Positions 22,697 to 29,929 of a stretch of DNA of 29,929 nucleotides are shown piece by piece. The translations under genes were made by a program, and so were the position numbers. The stretch is from a virus. Its lineage: Duplodnaviria > Caudoviricetes. The notes below the pieces were generated by a model. The model was not told the DNA's origin and searched no databases. It worked only from the letters and a program-made list of their open reading frames with translations. Position 1 is the first letter of the stretch; the number at the start of each line of letters is the position of its first letter. The stretch spans positions 1 to 29,929 of the IMG/VR virus record IMGVR_UViG_3300049138_000100, one strand, 5' to 3'.

Positions 22697-23343
22697 CAGA
22701 TGCCCGTCGCGTCCAGCACCAGCGCGCCCGCCGCCACCGTGATCTGGCCCTGCGCTCCGAACGTCTCAGGGATCACCTTCTGGAAGAACAGTTCACCCTG
22801 CCCGGTCAAGTTCACCGACGCGCCACCCGACGTCAGCGACACCTCGAACGTGTCCGTCGTGCTCGTGACGACGTGATAGACAACGCCCTCGGTCAGGCCC
22901 GTCGGGAGGCTCTCGCCGAACACGTTGAACAGCTGCACCCGGTCGTTGTCCACCAGGCCGTGACCGGCCGACTGGATCGCGTCCGAGGTGATGCCCGCCG
23001 TGTCGACGGTGCCGAACCCCTTCACGCTGCCGTTGATCGGCGCATACCCCAGGAAGTTGTTCGTGTTGCCCGATACGGCATTGAAGAACAGCAGGAACGC
23101 GTACGTCCCGGCCGGGACATCGAACGTCAGCGCACCCGAGTTGGACTTCAGGCCAGACGCGGCAGCCGCCCACGTCACCGCCTGACGCGCATAGGCAGGA
23201 GACCCGCCCGTCGCCTCCGTACCTGCGTAGTTCGCGCCCGTGCCAGGGTCGGTGATGTTGCCCACCCCGATGTACGTGATCCCTGTGACGGACTCATCCA
23301 GGCCGTCCAAGGCCTTGTTCTTGCCGAGGTCGTTGAACGGCAC
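22696..23343 (-). CDS. Fibre-attachment-like structural protein with inserted small beta domain, 215 aa
   Basis: DPG...EATGGSPAYARQAVTW...LTFDVP...TFGAQGQITV resembles phage fibre N-terminal domains; insert HGLVDNDRV...LPTGL..G.VYHV...FEVS.T.GG. Confidence 0.65.
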   Translation of the reverse strand: MPFNDLGKNKALDGLDESVTGITYIGVGNITDPGTGANYAGTEATGGSPAYARQAVTWAAAASGLKSNSGALTFDVPAGTYAFLLFFNAVSGNTNNFLGYAPINGSVKGFGTVDTAGITSDAIQSAGHGLVDNDRVQLFNVFGESLPTGLTEGVVYHVVTSTTDTFEVSLTSGGASVNLTGQGELFFQKVIPETFGAQGQITVAAGALVLDATGI

Positions 23344-23352
23344 GGCTTCCTC

Positions 23353-23715
23353 CTAGACCAGTTCGCCAGAGGCGGTGAACGAGAAATTCGGGGTTGTCCC
23401 GGACGGGGCGGCCCACTGCAGGCGGACGTGTTTGTCCAGCCCCGAGAACGACTTGGATTCGGAACTGATCGCCGTCTTGGCGGCGAACGAGCCGACCGTG
23501 TACCAGGTCGTGTTGTCCGGCGAGGTCTGCACGTTCACGGTCAGGCTCGGCGTAGTCCCCGACGCCGCCGTCACCGACAGCGTCAGCCGCAGCGTGTGCC
23601 GGGAGCCGACCTCGATCGAGCTCGTGTTCCCGGCGCCGGTGACACCGGTCTGGGCCGTGCCGAGGACACCGATGCCCCCGGCACGCACCAGCCGGCCGTC
23701 CGCGTTATACGACAC
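23353..23715 (-). CDS. Putative capsid decoration/jelly-roll protein, 120 aa
   Basis: LSVTAASGTTPSLTVNVQTSPDNTTW...HVRLQW; near the capsid gene. Confidence 0.6.
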   Translation of the reverse strand: MSYNADGRLVRAGGIGVLGTAQTGVTGAGNTSSIEVGSRHTLRLTLSVTAASGTTPSLTVNVQTSPDNTTWYTVGSFAAKTAISSESKSFSGLDKHVRLQWAAPSGTTPNFSFTASGELV

Positions 23716-23717
23716 GG

Positions 23718-23993
23718 CTACCTCGCCTTGCCCGGACGCCGGCCGCGACTCGGCGCGGCCTTCTCCGCCGGCGGGGTCACGGCGCGCTCGACGCAGTCGT
23801 GCACCTGCGGACGGGTGACGCCGAGCCGCGCCAACTCGGCGTCCACCGCGGCCACCCGATCGGCGCGGTCATATCGGGCGTAGCCTTCCCGCTCCCGCAG
23901 CAGAGCCGCCACGTACGCCTCGTTCGGGGTGTCCACCTCGATGTGGTCCACGCCGCCCGTACGGACGCTGCGAACCGGCACCTGCTCAGGCAC
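23718..23993 (-). CDS. Hypothetical phage protein, 91 aa
   Basis: AGGAGG RBS; YVAALLREREGY...VDAELARLG. Confidence 0.72.
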   Translation of the reverse strand: MPEQVPVRSVRTGGVDHIEVDTPNEAYVAALLREREGYARYDRADRVAAVDAELARLGVTRPQVHDCVERAVTPPAEKAAPSRGRRPGKAR

Positions 23994-24002
23994 GAGATCC
24001 TC

Positions 24003-24395
24003 CTACTTCGGGTCCGGCTTGCGACGAGTCGTCTTCGGCGCGGCCTCGCCGGTGTCCTCGGCCTCGTCGACCTTTTCCTCGGTCTTGTCGTCGATCCACT
24101 CCGTGACCGCTTCGTCGCGCTCCTCGACGGTCTTGCCGGAGTAGTTCTCAGCGGCCTCGACCGCCTTGGCCCGCTCCTTGTCGGGGGTGGGGCCAGGCGT
24201 AGCCAGCGGAGCGCCGTGCACCGTCGAGCCGGCGGCGGCCCGGTCGGCGGCGGCGCGCCGGTTGTCTTCGAGCTGCTTGACCGACTGCGGGGTTCCGTCG
24301 GGGGTGACGTAGCCCTCCTCGCCGGGCCGCGGCCAGTCGCTGTCGTGCTGCTGCTCGGCAGCCTTCTCCGGGGTCGGCTGGACGTTCTCGGACAT
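24003..24395 (-). CDS. Acidic, probably disordered protein, 130 aa
   Basis: GGGAGG RBS, ATG 24395. Confidence 0.72.
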   Translation of the reverse strand: MSENVQPTPEKAAEQQHDSDWPRPGEEGYVTPDGTPQSVKQLEDNRRAAADRAAAGSTVHGAPLATPGPTPDKERAKAVEAAENYSGKTVEERDEAVTEWIDDKTEEKVDEAEDTGEAAPKTTRRKPDPK

Positions 24396-24435
24396 GGGTT
24401 CCTCCCACGGGGTAGTGATGTGGTGTGTGAGGGGT

Positions 24436-24467
24436 CCGGCCGGGACCATGGCTCACGTCCCGGCCGG
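24436..24467 (-). terminator. Hairpin just after the major capsid stop (attenuator or mRNA stabiliser)
   Basis: CCGGCCGGGAC / GTCCCGGCCGG 11-bp stem, no U-tract. Confidence 0.55.
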
Positions 24468-24476
24468 TTTGACCTG

Positions 24477-25859
24477 CTAGAACGTCGGGGCGATCATGCC
24501 GGTCCCGGCGATGATGCTGATCGCCTTCGGGTATCGCTCGCTGTGCAGAGCGGCGTAGTTGTAGAAGCGCAGCAGCACCGACAGCTGGGCGGCCAGCGGC
24601 TCGCGGAACGTCTCCGAGCGCGGCGTGCCCTCGAAAAGGATCACGTCGGAGCTGCGGGTGATGACGATGCGGTCCTCGTTGGTGCCGGCGCCCAGGTTGG
24701 TCGGGATGTTCGGGTCGACGAACACCGGAAGGCCCTGCATCGAACCGACGAAGCCCTCGGAGTTGACGGTGCCCACGGACGCGATGACGTTCTGCGGCGC
24801 ACCAGCGACCGGGGTGACCAGCGGGCGGCCCGCGGTGTCGAGAGCGGACAGCAGCCACGCCCACCGGCGCGGATGCATGAAGATCACGTCAGGCGGCATG
24901 AACCGCTGCGTGTGGATCTGCTGAATCGCATCCGCGATCTTCGCGTACAGCTCGCCCGCCGTCGGCGAAGCGTCGGTGTAGGTGACCGCGTTCGCGCCGG
25001 ACACGTTCAAGATGCCGCGCTTGTTCGCGGCGTTGTTGCTGATGACGAACGTGTCGAGCTTGACCGCGTAGTCCGCGGCCAGGTCCGCGAGCAGCACGTC
25101 GTCCATGTTGATCGGCGACTGCTCGATCAGCTGCAGCGACACCACCTGCTGGCCGGCGATCGTCGCCACCGCGGCGGTCACGCTGTTGGTGGTGGCGTCG
25201 GTGTTCTGCACCGCGGTGTTCTGCGTCGCCTGCTCAGCCACGGCGGTACCGGTGGCCAGGCGCGGCAGGTTGATCGAGTCGGTGCCGCCCGGCAGCGTCA
25301 TCTGACGCACCCGGTTGGCGACCACGCGCGAGGCCCGCGCCAGGCCGATGTAGTCGTTGAGCATCCACAGCGGGGGCACGAACTCGCCGCCGGCGCCGTC
25401 CGTGGTGGTCAGGGCACGCTTCTCCAGCTCGGCCGACACCTCGCGGCTGTTGCGAATCAGCCGCTCGGTGGCGTCGCGGCTGCCGAGCAGTTGGGCGCGG
25501 ACCAGGTCACGGAAGTAGGAGTTCTGGCCGCCCTTTCGGTACGTCTCCGGCTCGGAGGTGACCGTCACGGTGGGCCGCTCTCGCTGCTCGCCCGCCTGGC
25601 CGTACTTGGCCGACAGTTCCGCGTGCTTGGCGTCGCGCCGCTCGGCCTCCTCAGCCTCGCTGACGCGGGCCTCCATGGCGGCGATCTCGTCGTCCTTGGC
25701 GGTGATGGCGGCACGCTTCTCGCCGAATGCCGCGGTCTCTTCGTCGGACAGGTCGCGCTGCTCCGCCCGGGGCGCGGTGAGCACGCCGTCCAGGTCGGCC
25801 TTGAGCGCGGCCCTCTCCTCCAGCAGCGTCTTCAGCTGCTGGTGCAGGAACTCCAGCAT
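24477..25859 (-). CDS. Major capsid protein, HK97 fold with N-terminal delta (scaffold) domain, 460 aa
   Basis: Coiled-coil N-terminus; RALTTTDGAGGEFVPP; VSLQLIEQS; FMHPRRW; GLPVFVDPNIP. Confidence 0.95.
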   Translation of the reverse strand: MLEFLHQQLKTLLEERAALKADLDGVLTAPRAEQRDLSDEETAAFGEKRAAITAKDDEIAAMEARVSEAEEAERRDAKHAELSAKYGQAGEQRERPTVTVTSEPETYRKGGQNSYFRDLVRAQLLGSRDATERLIRNSREVSAELEKRALTTTDGAGGEFVPPLWMLNDYIGLARASRVVANRVRQMTLPGGTDSINLPRLATGTAVAEQATQNTAVQNTDATTNSVTAAVATIAGQQVVSLQLIEQSPINMDDVLLADLAADYAVKLDTFVISNNAANKRGILNVSGANAVTYTDASPTAGELYAKIADAIQQIHTQRFMPPDVIFMHPRRWAWLLSALDTAGRPLVTPVAGAPQNVIASVGTVNSEGFVGSMQGLPVFVDPNIPTNLGAGTNEDRIVITRSSDVILFEGTPRSETFREPLAAQLSVLLRFYNYAALHSERYPKAISIIAGTGMIAPTF

Positions 25860-25899
25860 GGGAGCCCCTCCCTTCAGGTAGTGGGTCGTGCCTGCGGGT

Positions 25900-25965
25900 C
25901 CGTCCGGGTGGTGGCTCAGGTGGTGGCACGCGACAGCGCGCTCCGGCGTGAGCTCCGGCGCGTCA
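25900..25965 (-). promoter_or_regulatory. Structured capsid-gene leader with duplicated CGCCGGA/CACCACC internal loop
   Basis: Two 12-nt-spaced repeats on each arm of a hairpin closed by GCTCA/TGAGC and GCGCG/CGCGT. Confidence 0.5.
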
Positions 25966-25979
25966 GGTGGGGCAGGCGA

Positions 25980-26648
25980 TCAGCCGAGGAGAACTGCCTC
26001 AGCCTCGTACAGCGACAGCGGGTTGCGTCGCCGAGTCTCAGGTGCGGCGGGCGGCGCGAAACGCTGCCCCAGCCGCTCGTACAGAGCGCGGGCTTGCTGG
26101 TCGCCCATCCGGTCCAGGTCCAGGCCGCGCATCGCCACGGACGTCTCCGGGTTGGCGCCGAAGTTGACCACCGACACGTCCCCGCGGTGCAGCGACACTT
26201 CGGTGATATCGCGCTGGTCGTACTCAGGTGACCACTGCTGGCGCATCACCCGGAAAGCGAACGACATCTCATCCACGTTGCCGTCCTGCAGAGCGGTGAG
26301 CATGTCCCGCACGTCGTTGCGGGCCGGGTTCACCTCGGCCCGCATGTGCAGGCCCTGCTCGTCCTCGGCCAGGTCCAGCGTGCCCGCCTTGGTGTAGGCC
26401 ATCGACAGGCCACCATGGTTGAGCAGCAACTGTACGTGCGGCTGCTCGGCGAGCGTCTTGGCGAACGCGCCGGCTCGGACCACTTCGGTGTAGCCGCCGA
26501 ACGCGTCGTACATCTCGTAGCCGGCCTCGGTGATGGAGGCGTACCCCTCGACCACAGTGGAGCCGCCCGCCTGGGCCCGCACCTCCAACTGGACGGGGTA
26601 GGCGCGGCGCTCAGGGCCGCGCGCCTTGCCGCGCTCGCTCAGGTCCAC
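25980..26648 (-). CDS. HK97-family prohead protease, 222 aa
   Basis: VEGYAS, EVVRAGAF, LLNH, EDEQGL, MSFAF, DVSVVNFGANP. Confidence 0.93.
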   Translation of the reverse strand: MDLSERGKARGPERRAYPVQLEVRAQAGGSTVVEGYASITEAGYEMYDAFGGYTEVVRAGAFAKTLAEQPHVQLLLNHGGLSMAYTKAGTLDLAEDEQGLHMRAEVNPARNDVRDMLTALQDGNVDEMSFAFRVMRQQWSPEYDQRDITEVSLHRGDVSVVNFGANPETSVAMRGLDLDRMGDQQARALYERLGQRFAPPAAPETRRRNPLSLYEAEAVLLG

Positions 26649-26650
26649 GT

Positions 26651-27832
26651 CTACTCCTCGGTCATCCCGTCATCGTCGGCGGCATCCCCGCCGAGGGTCT
26701 GCATCTGGGTGATCTGCGCCGGGGTGAGCGGCGGCCGGTCCTCAAGCTCGCGCGCCTCGTCCTGGGCGACGAACCGGGCCTTGATCGCCATGGCGTGCGC
26801 CCGGTACCGGGTGAGCAGGTCCGTCCTGAGCAGGGCGCCCCGGTTGAACTTCACCTGCTGCGGGCGCGGCAACAGCGACGACAAGGCCCGCTCCAGGCGG
26901 GTCAACCACGGGTCCAGCGCGTAGATGAGCAGCTGCAGGTTGCGCTGCTCGATGTTCTGATAGGTGAGCGATCCGCCGGTCTCGTAACCGAGGATCTCCG
27001 CGATCCCCGGGCCGAAGATGCGGCAGCACTCCGCCGACGTCATGTTGTTCGTTTCGAGGAACTGCGACTCGTTCGGCGCGATCTGGATCGGCTGATACGT
27101 CCATCCCTTGCCCAGCGTGACCGGCTCCCGCTTGCCCTGCAGCGCCGCCATGAACCGCGACTTCGCCGTCTGGGCGTCGCCCTGAGTCAGGTTCGCCTCC
27201 GAGGTGAGCACACCCGTCGGATGCGCCCCCTCCTCGAACCAGGCCGCGCCGAACCGCATCGCCGCGATCCCCGTGCCGATCGTCAACGCCTGATACGCCA
27301 CCGGGGACAAGCCCTGCAACCGGCCCGGGATGGGATAGACCCGCTTGTGCCACATGTCCGACGTCGGGACCTCCTGCCCGGCGGCCCGCCAGTGCACCCG
27401 CCCGTCCTTCATGTCGCGCCAGCCCTGCACCATGTCAGGGTGCTGCAACACGATCTGCGTCGGCGTCCCCCGGCGCTGGTCCCGCTCCCCGACCAGCCCG
27501 TACACGTTCCCTCGCAGCAGCGACGACGCCATGTACTGCCAGATCCAGTCCTCAAGCCCGTACCCGTCCCCGCCCAGGTCGAGCATCCACGACGGCATCC
27601 GCTGCTCAGCCTTGCCCGCACCGTCGCCGGCGAAAATGTCGATCGGAAGCATCCCCGCGGTGCCCGCCAGCAGGGACACCGACGCCCACACCGCGACCTT
27701 CTGCAGCGAGGCTTCAGCCTGCGACAGGTCCACCCGCGCGAACGTCGACCCCAGCGAGGAGTTGGGCGGGATCGGCGGCTCCGTCCCCCACTGGCGACGC
27801 TCCACCGGCCGGCCGCCGAAGATGAGGCTCAC
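26651..27832 (-). CDS. HK97-family portal protein, 393 aa
   Basis: AVWASVSLLA, LLRGNVY, GLSPV, QFLET, NIEQ, VKFN..ALLR.D, EARELED.PP; GTG 27832. Confidence 0.93.
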   Translation of the reverse strand: MSLIFGGRPVERRQWGTEPPIPPNSSLGSTFARVDLSQAEASLQKVAVWASVSLLAGTAGMLPIDIFAGDGAGKAEQRMPSWMLDLGGDGYGLEDWIWQYMASSLLRGNVYGLVGERDQRRGTPTQIVLQHPDMVQGWRDMKDGRVHWRAAGQEVPTSDMWHKRVYPIPGRLQGLSPVAYQALTIGTGIAAMRFGAAWFEEGAHPTGVLTSEANLTQGDAQTAKSRFMAALQGKREPVTLGKGWTYQPIQIAPNESQFLETNNMTSAECCRIFGPGIAEILGYETGGSLTYQNIEQRNLQLLIYALDPWLTRLERALSSLLPRPQQVKFNRGALLRTDLLTRYRAHAMAIKARFVAQDEARELEDRPPLTPAQITQMQTLGGDAADDDGMTEE

Positions 27833-28044
27833 GTCGTCCTCCGATCGGCCCGGATCTGCTCCCACGCCCTGTCGGCCAACAGCAGCACACCCGCCGTGAT
27901 GAACCCCGCCGGCGGCCAGGCAAGCCACGCCCCGAACGCCACCAATGCCACCCCAATCAGGCCGGGCAGCACCTGAACCAGCAGCCGGACGGCGTTACCG
28001 AGCGGTGCCGCAGACGCGGTCGCAAGCTTGCGGAGGCCCTTCAC
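27829..28044 (-). CDS. Small membrane protein between terL and portal, 71 aa
   Basis: GLIGVALVAFGAWLAWPPAGFITAGVLLL; GTGA overlap with the portal start. Confidence 0.75.
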   Translation of the reverse strand: MKGLRKLATASAAPLGNAVRLLVQVLPGLIGVALVAFGAWLAWPPAGFITAGVLLLADRAWEQIRADRRTT

Positions 28045-28054
28045 GCAGCCCCCT

Positions 28055-29572
28055 TCACCAGATGTTCTGCAGCGGGTCCATGTTGTTGGCCAGGTGCCAG
28101 GCGGCACGCTCCAACGCCATGACGCCACACACCGCGAGGTCGATCTTGCGAGGGCTGCCGGGCTTGTCCTTGACAATCCGCGTGCCGCGGGCGTCGGTTT
28201 TGGTCGCGCAGTTCGCGAAGTGCCGTGCCAGGCGAGGATCCCCCGACTGGGTGATCTCGCGGTCCGTGACCGCCTCGTACATGCGCTGCGTCGCGGGGCC
28301 CATGCGGGAAATGTTCTGCGGGAAGATCACCACTGGGAGGCCCTCAGCTTCAAGGTCCTCCGCCGCGTCCAGCCACAGATACTCATCCCAGGCGATCTCC
28401 AGCACCTCGTACTGGCGGCACGCCTCCCTGATGGCGTCCTTCACCTGGGCGCGCGGTACCGTCCACGACAACTCGTCGCGCGGCTTCTCCCACAGCCCCA
28501 GCACCTCCACGTGCGGGCGATCCTCAACGCTGACCGCGACCAGGCCCGTACAGTCGCCCGAGCGGGACCCGTCGAAGCCGAGCACCACCTTGGCGTGCGG
28601 CTCGATCCGCCGCGACGCGTCCGCGCACGCCTCCCACGAGCCCGCGGGCAGCCACGTCACCGCCGACGACACCCACTGGTTGCAGCGCTTCGTCCGGAAC
28701 TCCGCCTCCGGCGTGCGCCGCATCGACGACTCGAAATCCTCAGCCGCCACCAGATCGGCGTAACCCGGGTTCGCTTCCCGCCACGTATCCGGCACCCGAT
28801 GATCCGCCTCGACCACGCCGGGCTCCCACCACGCCATGAAGAAGCTCGGATCATCAACCTCGCCGGCCGCGACCCGCTTGCCGTGCTGGTACAGCGAATA
28901 GCACAACGAATCCTGGCCGGTCGAGTCGGACTTCACGCCCGCGGTAGTGATGCCGACCATGAGCGGCTCGACGCGGGCGCCCATCGCCAGCGCCATCACG
29001 TCCCACAGCTCACGGCTGGGCTGGACGTGGACCTCGTCGAACAGGACCAGCGTCGGGTTCAGGCCTTCCTTGGAGAACGCCTCCGCCGACAGCACCCGAT
29101 ACACGCTTCCGGTCGACGGGATTTCGATCGCGTCCCGATACAGCTTGCACACACCCGCCAGCTCGGGCTCCATCTCGACCATCCGCCGAGCCGTCCCGAA
29201 CACGATCCGGGCCTGCTCCTTCTCCCCGGCGCAGGAGTACACCTCGCCGCCGTCCGGGCCCATCACCAGCCCATACAAGGCCAGGCCGGCGCCCAGGGCA
29301 CTCTTGCCGTTCTTGCGAGCCACCCCGACCAGCGCCTGCCGGTGCCGGTAACGCCCATCAGGCCGGCGCGCCAGCAGGTGACCAAGAGCCTGCCGCTGCC
29401 ACGACCGCAGCAGGATCGGCGCCCCCGTCGGGCCGGCCACAGAGTCCTTCGTGACCTTGCACAGCGCCTCGACGAACTCCACGCAGTGCTCGCCATCGCC
29501 ACGCGCCACGTCCGCGGCCGGGACCGACGTCAGCCAGCGAGGCGGCCACCCGTCAGCCCTCCCGCTTGGCAC
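28055..29572 (-). CDS. terL: Terminase large subunit, 505 aa
   Basis: WQ motif, Walker A VARKNGKS, Walker B VLFDEVH, ITTAG, nuclease LGFDGS and KIDLAV. Confidence 0.96.
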   Translation of the reverse strand: MPSGRADGWPPRWLTSVPAADVARGDGEHCVEFVEALCKVTKDSVAGPTGAPILLRSWQRQALGHLLARRPDGRYRHRQALVGVARKNGKSALGAGLALYGLVMGPDGGEVYSCAGEKEQARIVFGTARRMVEMEPELAGVCKLYRDAIEIPSTGSVYRVLSAEAFSKEGLNPTLVLFDEVHVQPSRELWDVMALAMGARVEPLMVGITTAGVKSDSTGQDSLCYSLYQHGKRVAAGEVDDPSFFMAWWEPGVVEADHRVPDTWREANPGYADLVAAEDFESSMRRTPEAEFRTKRCNQWVSSAVTWLPAGSWEACADASRRIEPHAKVVLGFDGSRSGDCTGLVAVSVEDRPHVEVLGLWEKPRDELSWTVPRAQVKDAIREACRQYEVLEIAWDEYLWLDAAEDLEAEGLPVVIFPQNISRMGPATQRMYEAVTDREITQSGDPRLARHFANCATKTDARGTRIVKDKPGSPRKIDLAVCGVMALERAAWHLANNMDPLQNIW

Positions 29573-29929
29573 GCAACGCCTCCAGCTTGCTCACCCGCGT
29601 CACCTCAGCCACGCCGAGACGCGTCCGCGCCGCCGGGTCGAAGCCGAGTGAGCCCAACGCAGACGCCAGCTCACGGTGGAACGTCGCCACCATCCGGCCG
29701 TCAGCTGGATCACGCGTCGCCCGATACCGCTCCCGCGCCACCGCCACATCGTCAGCGAGCCGGCACGCCTGCTCCGCCGCCTCAGCGTCCGACGTGGGCG
29801 AAATCCACGTGATCCCCGACTGCCAGACGCGCTCCCACAACCTGCGAGCCTCCAGCCCAAAGTCCGCGGGATGCTCAGGCACGCCCTCGGCCATCGGCAG
29901 CGCCACCACCGTGCCCTCAACAGGCAGCG
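29553..29929 (-). CDS. terS: Terminase small subunit (P27-like), 5' end outside the window
   Basis: Frame open to the window edge; P..FG.EARRLW and LGFDPAARTRL motifs; overlaps the terL start. Confidence 0.85.
   Translation of the reverse strand, partial: LPVEGTVVALPMAEGVPEHPADFGLEARRLWERVWQSGITWISPTSDAEAAEQACRLADDVAVARERYRATRDPADGRMVATFHRELASALGSLGFDPAARTRLGVAEVTRVSKLEALRAKREG

Larger units (their letters stand above)
1..29929. mobile_element. Actinomycete siphovirus-type (pro)phage or phage-plasmid segment, both ends outside the window
   Basis: Canonical order terminase-portal-protease-capsid-neck-tail-TMP-lysis on the minus strand, converging on a plus-strand operon of small accessory genes. 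No host housekeeping genes seen. Confidence 0.93.

Noticed and set aside
3903-29812. Long opposite-strand ORFs (3903-5528, 11701-13389, 19229-21118, 23799-26231, 28028-29812)
   Set aside because: Antisense shadows of real genes, expected in high-GC DNA; no motifs or RBS
8453-29929. Gene transfer agent or tailocin rather than phage
   Set aside because: Full-length TMP, both terminase subunits, complete head genes, morons and an attached accessory arm fit a temperate phage; infectivity itself cannot be shown from sequence

Overview
High-GC actinomycete temperate phage/prophage segment. The minus strand (about 8450-29929) carries an almost complete HK97-type siphovirus late region: terS (partial), terL, portal, protease, major capsid, seven extra genes including fibre-like proteins between capsid and neck, neck and tail genes, a frameshifted tail chaperone, a 981-aa tape measure, only two tail-tip genes, and a lysis cassette interrupted by a secreted lamin-tail-domain gene. 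The plus strand (1-7402) is a converging accessory operon. It holds many tiny Cys-rich ORFs, an HU gene and, most notably, a Streptomyces-plasmid/AICE-style transfer module: a 4-TM SpdB2/DUF2637-like protein, a small membrane protein and an FtsK/TraB-like DNA translocase, followed by a clt-like array of GAYCTAACT repeats. The main candidate novel system is therefore a tailed phage with its own TraB/clt/Spd hyphal conjugation apparatus. Other unexplained signals are a second inverted-repeat family inside the spd-like gene, a three-copy covarying RNA hairpin motif in plus-strand leaders, a capsid-leader RNA with a duplicated internal loop, and sigmaE-like promoters on two counter-oriented morons. 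No integrase, att site, replication gene, tRNA or CRISPR is visible. All family assignments come from motif recognition by eye, not from database searches.
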